Assembly (NCBI GenBank): GCA_000165425.1
Contig: CT868668.1
Location: forward strand, 310,001-342,910
DNA: 32,910 nt
From: Paramecium tetraurelia
Lineage: Eukaryota
Reading direction: 5' to 3'
A program made the position numbers and the translations under genes. A model generated the notes under the pieces. That model saw only the letters and a program-made list of their open reading frames with translations. It did not search any database and was not told the DNA's origin. This document shows, piece by piece, positions 12,024-25,500 of this stretch (the first letter of the stretch is position 1; each line of letters starts with the position of its first letter).

Positions 12024-12797
12024 ATGCCAACCCCAGAGAGAAAAAAAAACAAGAAAAAAGAAAAAGCTAGTAGCCACAGGTCCTCTTAAAAACGAAAATC
12101 CAAAAAAAAAGTTTGATTAATCTTTAATTAGAAATCCTCACGAACCTCAAGTAGAAATAGAGATAGAAAAACCTATAAACGAGATAATAAAGCTTCAAAT
12201 TTGGGTATGTAAATCTTCGGATAAGACATAATGAAAAAATTACAAGAATTTAACAATGGGAAAAGAACTGAGGATTTAATGGGTAATCATTAATGTAAAT
12301 TAGCCATGTCATTACTTCCATATATGAAGACTTCTTCAATTAACAGCGAAGCCAATGTCGTTGAATAAAAACAATAGAAAGATAAAAAAAGCATGTAAAA
12401 ATAAAGATTGCTCATTCCGATAAATTATGATACACTGATGATAATTATAGATGAACCTTTTTACAAAGAACACTTGTCCGAAGAAATGATTAATTTTATG
12501 AAAAAGAAGTTGATATCTAGCATGAAAAGATAAGTAATTGATCAAAAATCAGATAATTTTTTGTCGAAGATCGACAAACTAGAGTAAGATCTAACAAAAA
12601 AGGGAGATGTTGAAGAATTAGAGAATTAGATTCAATTAGGTGTTGTGAATAGCATTTTTAGTGTTTTGAATAATAACAAGGAATTAGGAGATAATTTAGA
12701 TCCTGCAATTAAAGATATTTTTTAAATGATGGAAATAGAAAAGCCTGATATTATTCAAGATGATATATATTTTGAAGCTAAATAGATGTTTTCATGA
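12024..12797 (+). CDS. hypothetical protein, tandem paralog B, 243 aa
   Basis: MPTPERKKNKKKEKASSHRSSQKRKSKK...QRLLIPINYDTLM...KIDKLEQDL...MEIEKPDIIQDDIYFEAKQMFS*; introns 12111-12131 and 12283-12303 sit at equivalent positions to those of paralog A. Confidence 0.8.
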
Positions 12798-13442
12798 TAA
12801 TATATAAAATTCAATACCTTCATCTACTTTCCTTTATAATTAATATATTAATAAATAGGAAATTCATTATTTAATCATATGCTTCTGATAAAGTCCTAAT
12901 TGATTATATATTTTGAAATTATATTTATTATGAAATCTTACTAATTCAATATTTGCATAATGAATTATATAATCATATGAGGAGATACATTACATATAAT
13001 TAATAAATTATTTCAACAAATTATTAGATAAATGTGGAAATTGATTTGATATTATCATTACATAAATTATTAAGATGCTCGTGAAAAAATGTTGCAATAA
13101 AAGATCAATGCTTTCCTTATTGAGTTCTAGATAATTGCAAGTAATGATAATATAGTGAGAAAGGTATTTGCTATATTAAGATTATTATGATATGCATATG
13201 GAAATTTACATTCTATAGACTCGAGAAATGAATAAATACATTTGTTAACTTATGAATTCATTATAAGTGTACCAAATTCAGCTGCTTTTGAAATGGATGA
13301 TAAGATTTGATAGTTTAGGAGAATATAATGAAGATTAAAATACTACATTCTCCTTTTTTGATGACTTTGTAACATATTGAAAAAGAGTAAAAAATTTATT
13401 AGGATTGTAAATAATTTAAATAATTCATCTGAGTTAAAATTC

Positions 13443-14819
13443 TCATAGCTCTGGAATTAATTCCTCATCATTATTCTCTTTGATTGCTTTAATTTTTAGG
13501 TCAAATCTACAAAAAGGGCAATATGAATTTTTTTTAAGCCATGTTTCTATACAACTACCATGAAACACGTGACTAGATTATAGGGGAATATTAATACCTG
13601 CATTGAATTTTACAGATCACTTTAGCTGTTTTCAATGATTCCAAACAAATTCCGCAGTTATCTTATCCATCTTGGAGATCCTTATTAGATATAATTTCAA
13701 GTGCATCATTATACAGTTTTTGGGTTTACTCTTGATAGGCTGGGATTTCTAATTCTTTCTCTTTAATTTCCAAATCGATATTGGGTGTTGCAGGAGTCTA
13801 CTTTTCCCTTTATCTTTTTAAAAAAGCTCTTCTTGAACAAAATCCAATTGAGCATAACAATAGAGATCCTGCAATGCTACAAACGATGATTATGATTAGT
13901 CTGCTTTTTTTTGATCTGTCATCTGAGATGGTTTCCAAATTTATCTCAAATGACTTTCCTTAAACAAGAAGAACTAACTTGTCTGGAATACTGTCTTCTC
14001 CATCATCATCATCTCTTCTACTATTTCTCTAATTTATCATCACTGAAAATGGCTATCCAATTGTTATGTTTGCTCCTTGATTATAAACCGAAGGAGTAGG
14101 TATGTAAATAAGATCAGGAACAAGAAGATAAACGTATACTGAATCAAGTTATTCAGTCTTATTGAATAGTATAAATAAATACTGATATTTCTAATCTTAG
14201 TTGCTGAGATCCATCCTATTCATAAAAGAAGTAGAATTATTCTTCTGGTGCACCAATTCCAAACATTTTGTCTTTTTCAATTTCAATAGCTAGAACTGAA
14301 CAATCCCTTCCAATAAAAGGCTTGTTGCACTTGCATTCACCATTTATACATTATCCATTCTAATTACATCCTTTTGGACATAGTTTTTCATGAGATCCCG
14401 AGACAATTATATCATAAGAGATTGAAATATTAGTGAATATAGTAAAGTAAATTTTTTCGAGTGGATTTGAGACCAATAAAAAGTGTTCACTCTTTTTCTA
14501 AGCATAGCTAATGATTATTTCTTTGAATATACCTATCGTAGTCCATATCATCATAGATCAGTTCTCCATCTTGTACAGAAGGAGGCTTTGACTCCATATA
14601 CAAAAAAACAATCTCAGCATTCCCTGGGGATGTTTGGTTCAATTCGACAGCATAATACTCGAAAGTATTGGAAAAATCCATATAGAAAGTGGTGCTTGAA
14701 TTTGTTGTCTTTGGAAAAGATAATTTAAAAGATGGCTTCTCTTCAGTAGTGGAAACTGATAAGCAAGAAACTTCAAAGGTGATTAAGAGTAGTAATGCTA
14801 GAGCAAAAGTATTTTTCAT
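13443..14819 (-). CDS. signal peptide + EGF-like + TM + RING-H2 membrane E3 ubiquitin ligase, 433 aa
   Basis: Signal MKNTFALALLLLITFEVSC; EGF CPKGCNQNGQCINGECKCNKPFIGRDC; TM LIIIIVCSIAGSLLLCSIGFC; RING-H2 CGICLESL...CSHVFHGSCIETWLKKNSYCPFCR. Three 25-nt introns (14508-14532, 14158-14182, 13573-13597) give an exact frame. Confidence 0.9.
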
Positions 14820-15456
14820 AGTAAAATAATTATTTCTAAAAATCAGAATCCAAAAATCCATAAAAACTATAGATTGCTTAAATATTTCTCTAAATATAGA
14901 ATACTCCATAAATCATTTAATAGTTTTATTAATTATTCTTTAATTGAGGAAAGAGAAAATAGATTAATTTAAGAAATCCTACGCGAGATTTAGAACTAAA
15001 TTCGCCTCCCTTAGTCTTAACCAGAATTCCAAAAATATAGAGGAAATATTGCAAAACGAATGAATTTTTTAAAAGAAACTCTCAAAGGAATCATTAATTA
15101 TTGGAGAATTTGATGGTTTTGCGAATATTTTATTTTCTTAATCCAAATATTATTAATTGTTAATTTAAAAGAAGTAAGAGCAAAATAAAAGTCATATCAT
15201 AATTTATATTTTGTTTATTAGTTTTGTTAAAATTGAGATTAAAAAATTTGAAGATTGTAATAGAGTTGGATAATTTATTTCTTGTTTAATTATATTAATC
15301 GTAAATAATTAATAAATAACCATAAGGGGAATACATAAGAAATTTGAACAATTTATGATTATTTTAAAAGAAGCTGATGAAAAAACAAAGGAAGAGAATA
15401 GGCCAGGAAGGATATGAAGAATTAAAATTAATTTTGTTTTAATTGTTATTTATTTC

Positions 15457-17382
15457 TCATTCATTTTTCATGAAACAATCTGATTAGACACCATACAATG
15501 TAAAGTTCTAAACTAAAACTGGGAATCCCCAATTGTTGTAATAAAGGTTTTACCAATCTCCTAATAATCCGGCGATAGGAACTGGATAACAAACCTTAAA
15601 GAATCCCAAGTGTCTCTTGCATTTTTGCTTGGTTGATAATTCACTATGTTGGTATTAGGCAATAACGATAGCTCTGAATTCTTCCATATCTAGGTTCAAG
15701 TTCAAAGTGTATGCATTTGTGTTAATTGATTGGATCTTTTGATTATATCCAAAGGCAACATTGCTTGTCACATTTCCTGTGAAGATGTCAGCAACAACAG
15801 CTGTTCTAACAGCAACCAAATCTGGGATTGAGGATTCTCCATAAACTGTCAATAAGACTGGAACAATGAAGGTATCTTGGACTGCAAAGACAGTTGCATT
15901 TTATTCGACATTTTATTAAACGAGGAATCCGTAACTGAAATCAGCTCCAACTCCGACTGTAAATCCTTAGACTACCAACTCGGTTTCGAACAATGAGATA
16001 TTTTACATACCATTAAGTTCGATATCTCTGAATGGTTATCCAGTATAATTTAAGTTTGAATTAATAATTTCAAACAAACACATTCCTTCCATAGCAACAC
16101 AGAATTTGACATTCAAATCAGCAATGCCATTACCTGCTGTTCCTTTAAGTGCTAAATCTAATTATAATTTAGTTCCCTTTACTGAGAAGGTAAGAACAGT
16201 CTTTTAGAAATTGATTAAACCATTTGATGGACAATGTAAAGAATTGTTTGGAAGTGATTCTGAGATAAGTAATCTGTGTTTATCAGCCTTTTGTTTCATC
16301 TCATACATGTTCAATGATCTCTTCTATTTGTTCTTAATGAGTCTATCTTAAATTGTTGTCAAGGAGTAAGTTTGAATGTTTTGCTTTGATCTAATTTCTT
16401 AGAGAAGTTATGTAAATTGGACGTCAATTTGTGAGTTACTTAAAACCAAATTGGATTCATCTGACACTATGGTTTTATAGGAGTATTCAACATCAGCACC
16501 TTCAGGTTGTACAGAGTGATCCATAACAATGTTAACTGAAATTGAGGATGAAACAATTTGATTCTATCTGCTTAAGGTTGTGGTCTAATTCTAAGAGAAT
16601 TGATCTCCAATTAAAAAGTTTTCATTCAAACAATCATCTTGAGTTACTTATTTGGTGACCTTGGTATTTCCGAACCAGCTTGTTTCAACGTCTCTTGTTG
16701 CAACAAATTCGTATTTTCCAACAATGTATGGGTTAACAATTGAGTCTTAATCAACTTCTGTTCCTTATACATTTGGCCCTAAATGTTATACGGTTGCGAT
16801 TAAAGTTTACAACATTAAACCATTTAATGATTATGGTACACCAATATCAATAACTTAACCATTTTAATTATCAGTTACAAAGGTGACGACAGGCATTTCG
16901 TCATAACATGGTCCATAACATCCATCAGCTTAAAGTTGAAGTAGACGCAAATTTCTCGATAATTCTGAGGAAATGTTCAAATTGGCATCGAACAAGTTGT
17001 CATGAACGACTGTTCCATTTGAATAGGTTGTATTCTAAGTTACTTATACTCCTTCCAAGATTATCATATGAGTGGTGTTTTATTGGTTAGAATCCACAGT
17101 TACAGTAGTTGTGTTTGCAGCAATTTGAGTGCAGTTTGTTGAGCCTGTTGAAACTTAATATACACATAATTAATCTTAAGAATAATATGAACTTCTCTAA
17201 TTTAAAGTGTAAGTTGGAACACTCTCACCTTTAGGTACGAAGACTATTGTAAGACTTAAAACAGCAGCCAGAATCAGACCGGCGACCAAAGCCTATCTGA
17301 AACGAACCTATTTCTTTTATTACGAGTCTTTTAACAGCATTGTTTCTGCAGGGGCAATGTCGAATGAATTTTTTGTTTACAT
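15457..17382 (-). CDS. type II membrane-anchored or secreted beta-rich glycoprotein, 641 aa, possibly vitellogenin/MTP-like lipid-transport fold
   Basis: Intronless 1926-nt code-6 ORF; basic stretch then TM ALVAGLILAAVLSLTIVFV; many NxS/T sequons; long alternating beta-strand C-terminal half. Confidence 0.8.
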
Positions 17383-17923
17383 TAAATTTTAAATCTTTTT
17401 CTCAAATATTATGCTTTTTATAATAAAGAAAGGTGCTGTATCTTTTTTTATATATATTTTATTTTTAATTAATTAATTTTGTGATGTTATTTTTCTTTCA
17501 AAGGTGAAAAACCTGAGCATTTTATGTTTGATTAGCAATGGTTGTAAACTGTAGAATAATCCAATCTAGATTCTCACTCATTTTTAGAAAAAATATTCAA
17601 AATCAAAAATAAATTGATGCATTGTAAAAAGATGCTCCCTTATTGTAATTATAACTGATACTTAACAAAATCAATTTAAAAGCTAACTCGAAATGACTTT
17701 CTTGTTTTCATTTAATAATATTATTAATGCTACATTATATAAACAAATTGCACCATAAATTATTTTTTATAAACTACTAAATTAAATTTAATGTATTATA
17801 TTGGAATTACATAAATGAAGAAAAATTACTCATATATTGCCAACTACATTAACTACTATTTGCTAAATTGAGACTAAAATTAGTAAAACTAAAATTCAAT
17901 ATTTCATTATTCAATTGTTTAAT

Positions 17924-18680
17924 ATGCTAACACCAACCTATGAGTTGTATTTGAAACAAACTAAATTAATTGCAGAGCAAAATTACCAACTGGGTTATCA
18001 GGAATACAATTATTCCGAAATCCTTATAAAGCATAACATATTGCTATTGATAGTTGAAAAAGATGGCACTATTTAGATTTTCAAAATATTTCAATCAAAA
18101 TTTTAGAATTACAGAAATTCTTAGTAAAACCTTAATTTAGTTATTAATTCTTAAGAAAAATGTCATTGCGTTCCTTTTTATATTAAATTTTTTATAATGA
18201 ATTGGCATCAATATTTACTAAATTCCACAATAAGCCAAAATAAACAAATTCTTACTAAAACACAACAAATATACAAGGGATTCTGAAAATTCTATAGCGA
18301 TGCTTGTCACATAGATAATAAGAAGTGAAGCTAATGAGTTTTATTTCAGTTATTGAGAAATGAATCATAAAACTACTATATTTTTAGAAAAATGCATTCG
18401 TAAATCATTCAAACCAAATTATTAAGAACATATATTATGAACACTTAATCAGAGATTTAAACTCTGAATAGAAGAGATAAGATAGGGTTATTGTATGAAA
18501 GGTATTCAAAATGTGGAAAATTATATATTCATAAATTAATTCATTTTTACAATTATTAAAAATATTATATATACGAAATCAGAATAGATAAAGCAAAAAA
18601 ATTAATTCAAACAAGGTAATACACACTAACATCTATTTTGAAAACTATTTGGTAGAGGTGGAGATATATTAATTTGATTA
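17924..18680 (+). pseudogene. possible decayed gene (weak WD40-like remnant)
   Basis: Frame MLTPTYELYLKQTKLIAEQ...LLLIVEKDGTIQIFKI followed by repeated TGA stops and frame switches. Confidence 0.25.
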
Positions 18681-19596
18681 ATTTATTAATGAGAACGAGC
18701 ATCATATTATATTTTTCAAGTCACCCTGAAAAATTACTAATATTCCAAAATCCTAAGACCTTTGATTCTGGCCTTATGAAGGAAAATGCATATATGGCTA
18801 GGATGGACTTGTGAAGTCAAAGCCATACCTTCAGATTACTAAAACTTGACATATTTAGCACAGCATATAAAATACATAAATGCGGATTGCCTTGCAAGAT
18901 TCAATGAAATAATGCGAAACCTAAACTTAGTTAATGAATCTATATATATAATGATTAATAACAATTTTATTTGATCTTAGGCTTAATATAAAAACATCTA
19001 GAAATATATGCGTATAGGAAAGCTTAAAATAATACTACAATGTAGTGATTATTGAGGGACTTTAAAAAATGCCAAAATAAAAGAAATCGAGATGCCTAAT
19101 CTGAGTTTACAAAGAAGGTGTGTTTAGAACTATTTGTCAATATAATTTGATAGTTCGTGCTTCTTAGACTAATTTGCTGAAATATATTAACTAAATATTC
19201 TTATTATAGTATTATAAATAAAGCTCTTTAAAAAATGTTAGATATACATTTTTTTTTGGAAAGATCATAATAATTGCAAGAAATTGCTTAAAAATTGATT
19301 TACTGATTAATTCTCCTCACTATCAATGATTATATTTGTTAGGGCAATGACTTTCGAGACTGAAAGCGGAAATATTAAAGATTCTCAAAGTTGAAATACT
19401 AACATAATAGTTATTAAAATTTGTTATTTTGGTGTAAATCGCATTTTTATACAGATACTACCAACTTGTAATAATGCTTAAATCATTAATTTGTGGAAAA
19501 AATCAGGATAATTAAATTATATGACTACATTAAATAATATCATTAATTCGAGAATAGATTTTTAAAGATAATTATAATTGAATTTTATATTTTGAT

Positions 19597-22500
19597 TCAT
19601 TGATCTTAAGCCCCTTTCTCAAGGAATAAATTTTTTAAACTAATATTCTCTTAGTTCACAAACGTAGATTACCTGATGCTACATTAATCAGATAAAATTG
19701 GAGAGCTTATTGCTATGCTTTTGAAGCAAATAGGTTAAAGATCATTGTTTAATCTAAAAAATAAGATTGATCCATCATTCATTCCTACAATAAGGTTTTA
19801 ACCACATGGAGTAAAAGTTGAGCAATAGATTTAATTTCGAAATTTATCAAAACTATAAATTAACTTCTCATTTACTACACTTTTAATATATAAAATATAT
19901 TTTTCATCCTCAGCCATTATATGATGCTAAGTCTTCTTTATAAGCTGTTCATAATATACCTATTCTAAAAAGATTTAATAAAAATCATTGTAGTTTGAAA
20001 TAGAATCAAATTACACATTTTCGTCTTTTTGAACCAATTAAATTGAATCTTAATCATCAAGAAATGAAATACTAATTATCTCTTAATAATTAATTTTGTT
20101 TAGATTATTAAGTTTTAATTTGATTTTTTCCAAACATGACAAATCCCATAAATTAATATCCTAATCTGTTCCTAGGGATAATAGGTAATTCCCGTTCTTG
20201 GAAAAAGTTAAGAAATTAGGATTAAATATAGTGTACATATTATCATTCAAAGTAGCGATTTTAGTTTTACTTCTTAAGTCATATAACTGGAAAATATCTT
20301 ATAGCTAAACTGCTAAAATCTCCCTTTCTTCACAATATGCAGTTAAAAAATTTGATATTCCTTATTCATTTTCAAATAATGTGTAACTTTATTCATGATC
20401 TGAAGTTAATGCTAGTGCAATTAATGATCTTTTTATTGGCTAAGTGAACGAATAAACAAAAAGAAAGTCATCATTTTTCACAGGAAAACACTCTAGTTAT
20501 TGAAATTATAGCTTATTGACTTCTACAGGATTGACAATTTAAAATTCTTTTCTAACTTAATATTAATTAGTAACATCAAAACATTTAATAGTGGCATCAT
20601 AATTTGTAAATAATAGCTGATCATTATTTGAAAATACCAAAGCCTATGCACATCCAATTGAATTAACAAACACATGGTCCACTTTTTAGGTTTTAAATGA
20701 CCATAAAATTATTTCATTTTCATTTTGAATAGCTAGTTTAAGTTTATTGTGAGACATCGCAACACATTTTTCAGCAGAGTTTGATTTTGAATGATCAATA
20801 GGAAACTAATTCGACTCATACTTTTTTTACAAATCAATAATTTGCAGAGGGTTTGTCTTAATCAATAATTGTTTATCTGAAGAAAAATAATAATTGATAG
20901 GAGGAATTCCTTTGTTACACATTATCCTTTACGTTTCATATAAAGGGTTTTACTTTAGATCCAAAATTATTTGAAATTTTGTAATTCTATTTTCGTATAA
21001 TGATATTAATTAGTTGCCTAAATCGTTAAATTTTAGATTATTTGGAATCGAATAGCAGCTTATTCTTATTTAGTTTTCAATTAAGTACAAAGTATTCAAT
21101 TTCCAAACCTTAATCTAGTAAGGGGGATTATCAGCAGCAGCTATATAGTTTGCATCCTATGAAAAGCAGAAAACAGAGGGTAGAGCTTTTCCTTTAATCA
21201 GCACATCTAACTTTTAAAATTTAGTCAATTCCCATCTTATTATTCTGGACCTAGAACCAGAGATTAGTTGTAGTCCATCCGGAGAAATTGCAATTTACTA
21301 AATTGAATCAGAATGTCCATCCAATTCTAGCGATTAGGATCTTAGAGCCTTTAGATTCCAAAATTTGATAAGGTCATGACTTGTTTATGCCATGATCTCT
21401 TTGTTTGAAATAGAAATTAAATCAATTTTTTTTGTATTGCTTTTCATTTTTGATAAGAGCTTGCATGTTTTTGCATCCCATAGTTTTAAAGTTGAATTTG
21501 CATAAGAAGTGATAAAATAAGAATTATTTTCTGAAAATGAGGCGTTTTCAAATTTAGAGTTTTCGTCTATATAAAATTCTTCTATACATTAAATTGTCTT
21601 AAAGGTTTCAAAGTCAATCAATTCTAACTTTTCAACTCGCCCTTTATAATTAACAGTTTCCTTCATAAAAATTAATTTGTCCTATTACTTATTTAATGTA
21701 ATGTAACAGAGATTTTAATGTTTGATCTCGCTCTATTTTATCTCTAATTACTATTTATCGATAGCTATTTGTGCTGATTATAATTGACCTTCTTTCTTGG
21801 AACCAAAAATCAAAAATGTTTAGCTATCTAATGAAAATTGAAAATAAAGCAATTTTCCTATTAAAGGTTAATAATTAAAGTTAAGGGTAATTTTAATAGA
21901 ATTAGAAATTGGAATTACTTTAATAGTATCATCAATACCAATTCCAATATAGTTTGAATCCTCTAAAAGTAGACAGTTTTTTGAGAGAGTAACATTATTC
22001 TGTAATTAGATTAATTGAGCACTTCCAAGTTCTTTTAATTAATGAACGGCTATGCACTTTTCATATTATATCATAATTTATTCAGAGATCCCTATATCTA
22101 AAATTCTTTATGGATTGCTTCCGCTTAGTACCAAATTTTCCAGATTTATTGGATTATTCAAATCCTTTAGATTAAATATACATAAGGTTTTATTTGTAAT
22201 AGCCAGTATTGTTTAACCTTAATCCATAAAACAAGCTGAAAGATATTTATTATTTAAAGTAAAAAAAATTTCTTCATTAGCTAGTAAATTTTTGATTCTC
22301 AGACCCTTATTAGTAGCGAGTACTAATAAAGATGAATCATCCGAAATCGAGAAATCATTCGCATAATAATTATTATTTTCATCTAATTCAAGAATTTAAT
22401 CTAGATAAATTAATTAAAATCCATTATTCAAACCAACAGCAAATAATTTACTATCATCTGAAAATGTAGCACACATTAGAGATTTAGCTGAGAAGATCTT

Positions 22501-25500
22501 TTTATGCCTATTTTCAACAGAATCTTCATCTCCTCCAAAACAGTAGATGATTCGAAAAATATTCTCACCATCAAATATATATATTTGGTCATTCAAATAA
22601 CCGATTTATTTCCATTCAAAACGTTCAAATAAAGGTTCAATTTGTTTTTCAGAAAAATTTAAAGCATTCTTAGACCAAAAAGTCCCGAGTTTTCCAACAG
22701 TAATCATACATTCTCCTTTATAAAGAAATTTAAAATATTATATCTTTTCTTTGAATTTTTGATCAAGTTCTTATCTTAAATTTTCTACATTCCAAAATTA
22801 TAAAACTGATTAATTTCCAATCTCACCATTTATTGCTAACTATTTTTCAACAAATTAAATTCCTTAACAAATAAGATTTTTGCTAATTCTTAGAAGATTA
22901 ATTTCTAAATTTTTTGGTTCCAAAAAATTCTTATATAATTCTATCCTATGCTAGCTACATGAGGCAAAACAAGATTTATCTTTTGAAAAAGCAAAATCTA
23001 TAATAACATCATGTTGTGTTTCTATTTTGTGGATTAATTTAAATTCTTTTAAATCCCAAACAAAAATTACGTTAAATGAGGAGCTCAATAGAAATTACTC
23101 ATCTGAGGAAAACCTCAATTAATTAATCTCATCTTAATCCTCAATCAAGGTTGTAACAAGAGAAATTGATTTTTACTTAGTAATATTCCAAATGCTTAGC
23201 TTGCATTTATTGTTCTTCTCTTCAACGCAAGCTATTAGAAGTAGTGAGCTTATGGTAATTTTTTTAACACAAGCATCCAAATCTTGCGTTAATAAATATT
23301 ATTTTTAAATTAATGTTTTTGTGTCATATTTTTCCATAAATAGAACAGTTTTCTCTTAGTCATTATATAAGCCAAAACTATTATATTGGAACACTTCAGT
23401 TAATGTTTTTACGATTAAAAATTTGTTATTTTTTGAAAATTCAATTTTTTCTATTTCTTCATCCAGCTTTATTGACTGGAGCAAATGAATTTTTTATAAA
23501 TCATTCATTTTCCAAATTTCTATAATGCCATTTTAATTACCAATCACTATAAAGTTACAATCGTACGAAAATGCCATACAAGTAAAATCCTTTAGGTTTG
23601 TCTATAGGGTGGTTATCATTTTGATTTATGACACAGAGTGAAATTCCCATAAAATCACTTCTTGACCTCCTGTAGCTAAAAATTTGGAGTTATAAGATTT
23701 GGCCATACAAATAATAGAACTCGAGCTTTAAAAAGAGAATTTCTATGGTTTATTTTTAATCAGTAAATTTTATGTTTCTAAAATAATTAAATTAGACTTC
23801 TAATTTTTGAGTGCGACATATTTGTTGTTTTAAGATAGGAAAACTCCATTATAATTATCATTGATCAAAGTATCATAATTACTGTCTGATAAATCTTTTG
23901 CATTAAGAATATGTAATTTATTATTAGTTAAACACGCTAATGTATTCTCAGTTTTACAATAAGATAAACTTTTGATTCTCTAGTCTTAAAATTATCTTTC
24001 TACAGGTTTTTAGATTTGATCAACATCCAAAATTTTAATAGTTCCATCATCACTTCCAGAAATTAATTGGGCTTCATCTCCTTTAAAGAGGATTGAAGTT
24101 ATCTTCGAATTTCCTAAAACAGAAGGAATTTCTTTGCATATGAGGTTCTTCCAATTTGAATTTTATATTTTTGCTTAAGTAAAATTGCAGGAATCAATCG
24201 AAACATTATCGAATACTGTGTTATTCAAATTGCTTTTAAAAAATGATAAACCCACCATCTTTGTATTTGAAAGTTATATTCCACTCAGATCTACTCCGCC
24301 CAAGTATACTCCTAAATAACTCAAAAGGAATATTACATTTGACGTTGATCGAAGCAAATCCTTTTAACAATCTGGTTAGTTAGTCTATAACTTAATAATT
24401 TATATTAATTTTTCTTCTATGTTACTGATTTGTTTCAATTTAGGCTTTAAGAGTTCCAAACATCCAGAGAATTATTCTAATGATAGGTTAAATTTATTTC
24501 TATTATTAAACGCACTTTTTCTCAATAATTTTTCATCAATTTCATTATCATCAGCGAATAACTTATCAAATAAATTAAGTATGTAATCTGCGACGAAAAA
24601 CTCTTAGATAGATTTATGATTAAATGAGAATAAACTTCCTTTAGCATTAATCAACATGCATTTTCTTAATTGGGTTTTGTATTTTGAATCAGCTTCATTT
24701 TCACTAAAGTAATGATCTTCCCAAGAAACATCTTGCAAATCTTCTTTTTCAGACAGTAATTTTAGTTTCCCCTTCTACTTATAATTCACTTAGGTTAATT
24801 CTCTCAAAGTCATCTCAACAGCCAAAGAAGTGCAAAAGAATTGTAGATCAATTAAAAAACTCTATTAGTTAATATTTTTTCCTAGTTCCTTCCACTTTTA
24901 CATTTATTAGGCGTGATAAAAGTCTACAAATTACTTGTAAAAATCAAATGCAGTAAATTAATGCAATTGAAATGCTGCAACTACAAATTTCGCATCAAAC
25001 TTCAATGTATAAATAATTTTTTTCTCATTAATTATTTGATTATCTGTATAGATGAATTATTAAGTAATAGAATTTTATTCAAAAAAGTTTTGAGTATCTA
25101 ATTCAGCCAGAATTAGATCACTTAATTTATACAACTATGTTTCATCCTCAGTTGCATTTACCTAGAAATTATTTAGCTTTTTTAATTATTCTTCGTTGCT
25201 TACAATTTCATTAGTTTGAGAATACATTTTAAGCAAATGATTTGACCTTATGGATTCTTTTTTCAACTTATGGTAATTTTATTTCAGAACTAACCTCATA
25301 AATGAAGACTACGAGAAGAAAGTTGACATTTTTGGCAATACGTATACAATTATCTCAAGCATAAATGGAGTATTTAAAAGATGCTTTATTTTAACTTTGT
25401 GGATTGTTTAAGAAAATTTCTCATAGCCCCACAATTCAAGAAGATCTTTATTCAAAGATATCATCTGCTCTGGCTTAAAAAGCTAAAAAAATTAAATGCT

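Noticed and set aside
4070..17090. Other supplied ORFs (4070-4318, 5902-6084, 6780-6995, 12336-12545, 13781-14099, 14483-14728, 16908-17090)
   Set aside because: Each is antisense or out of frame to a well-supported code-6 gene.
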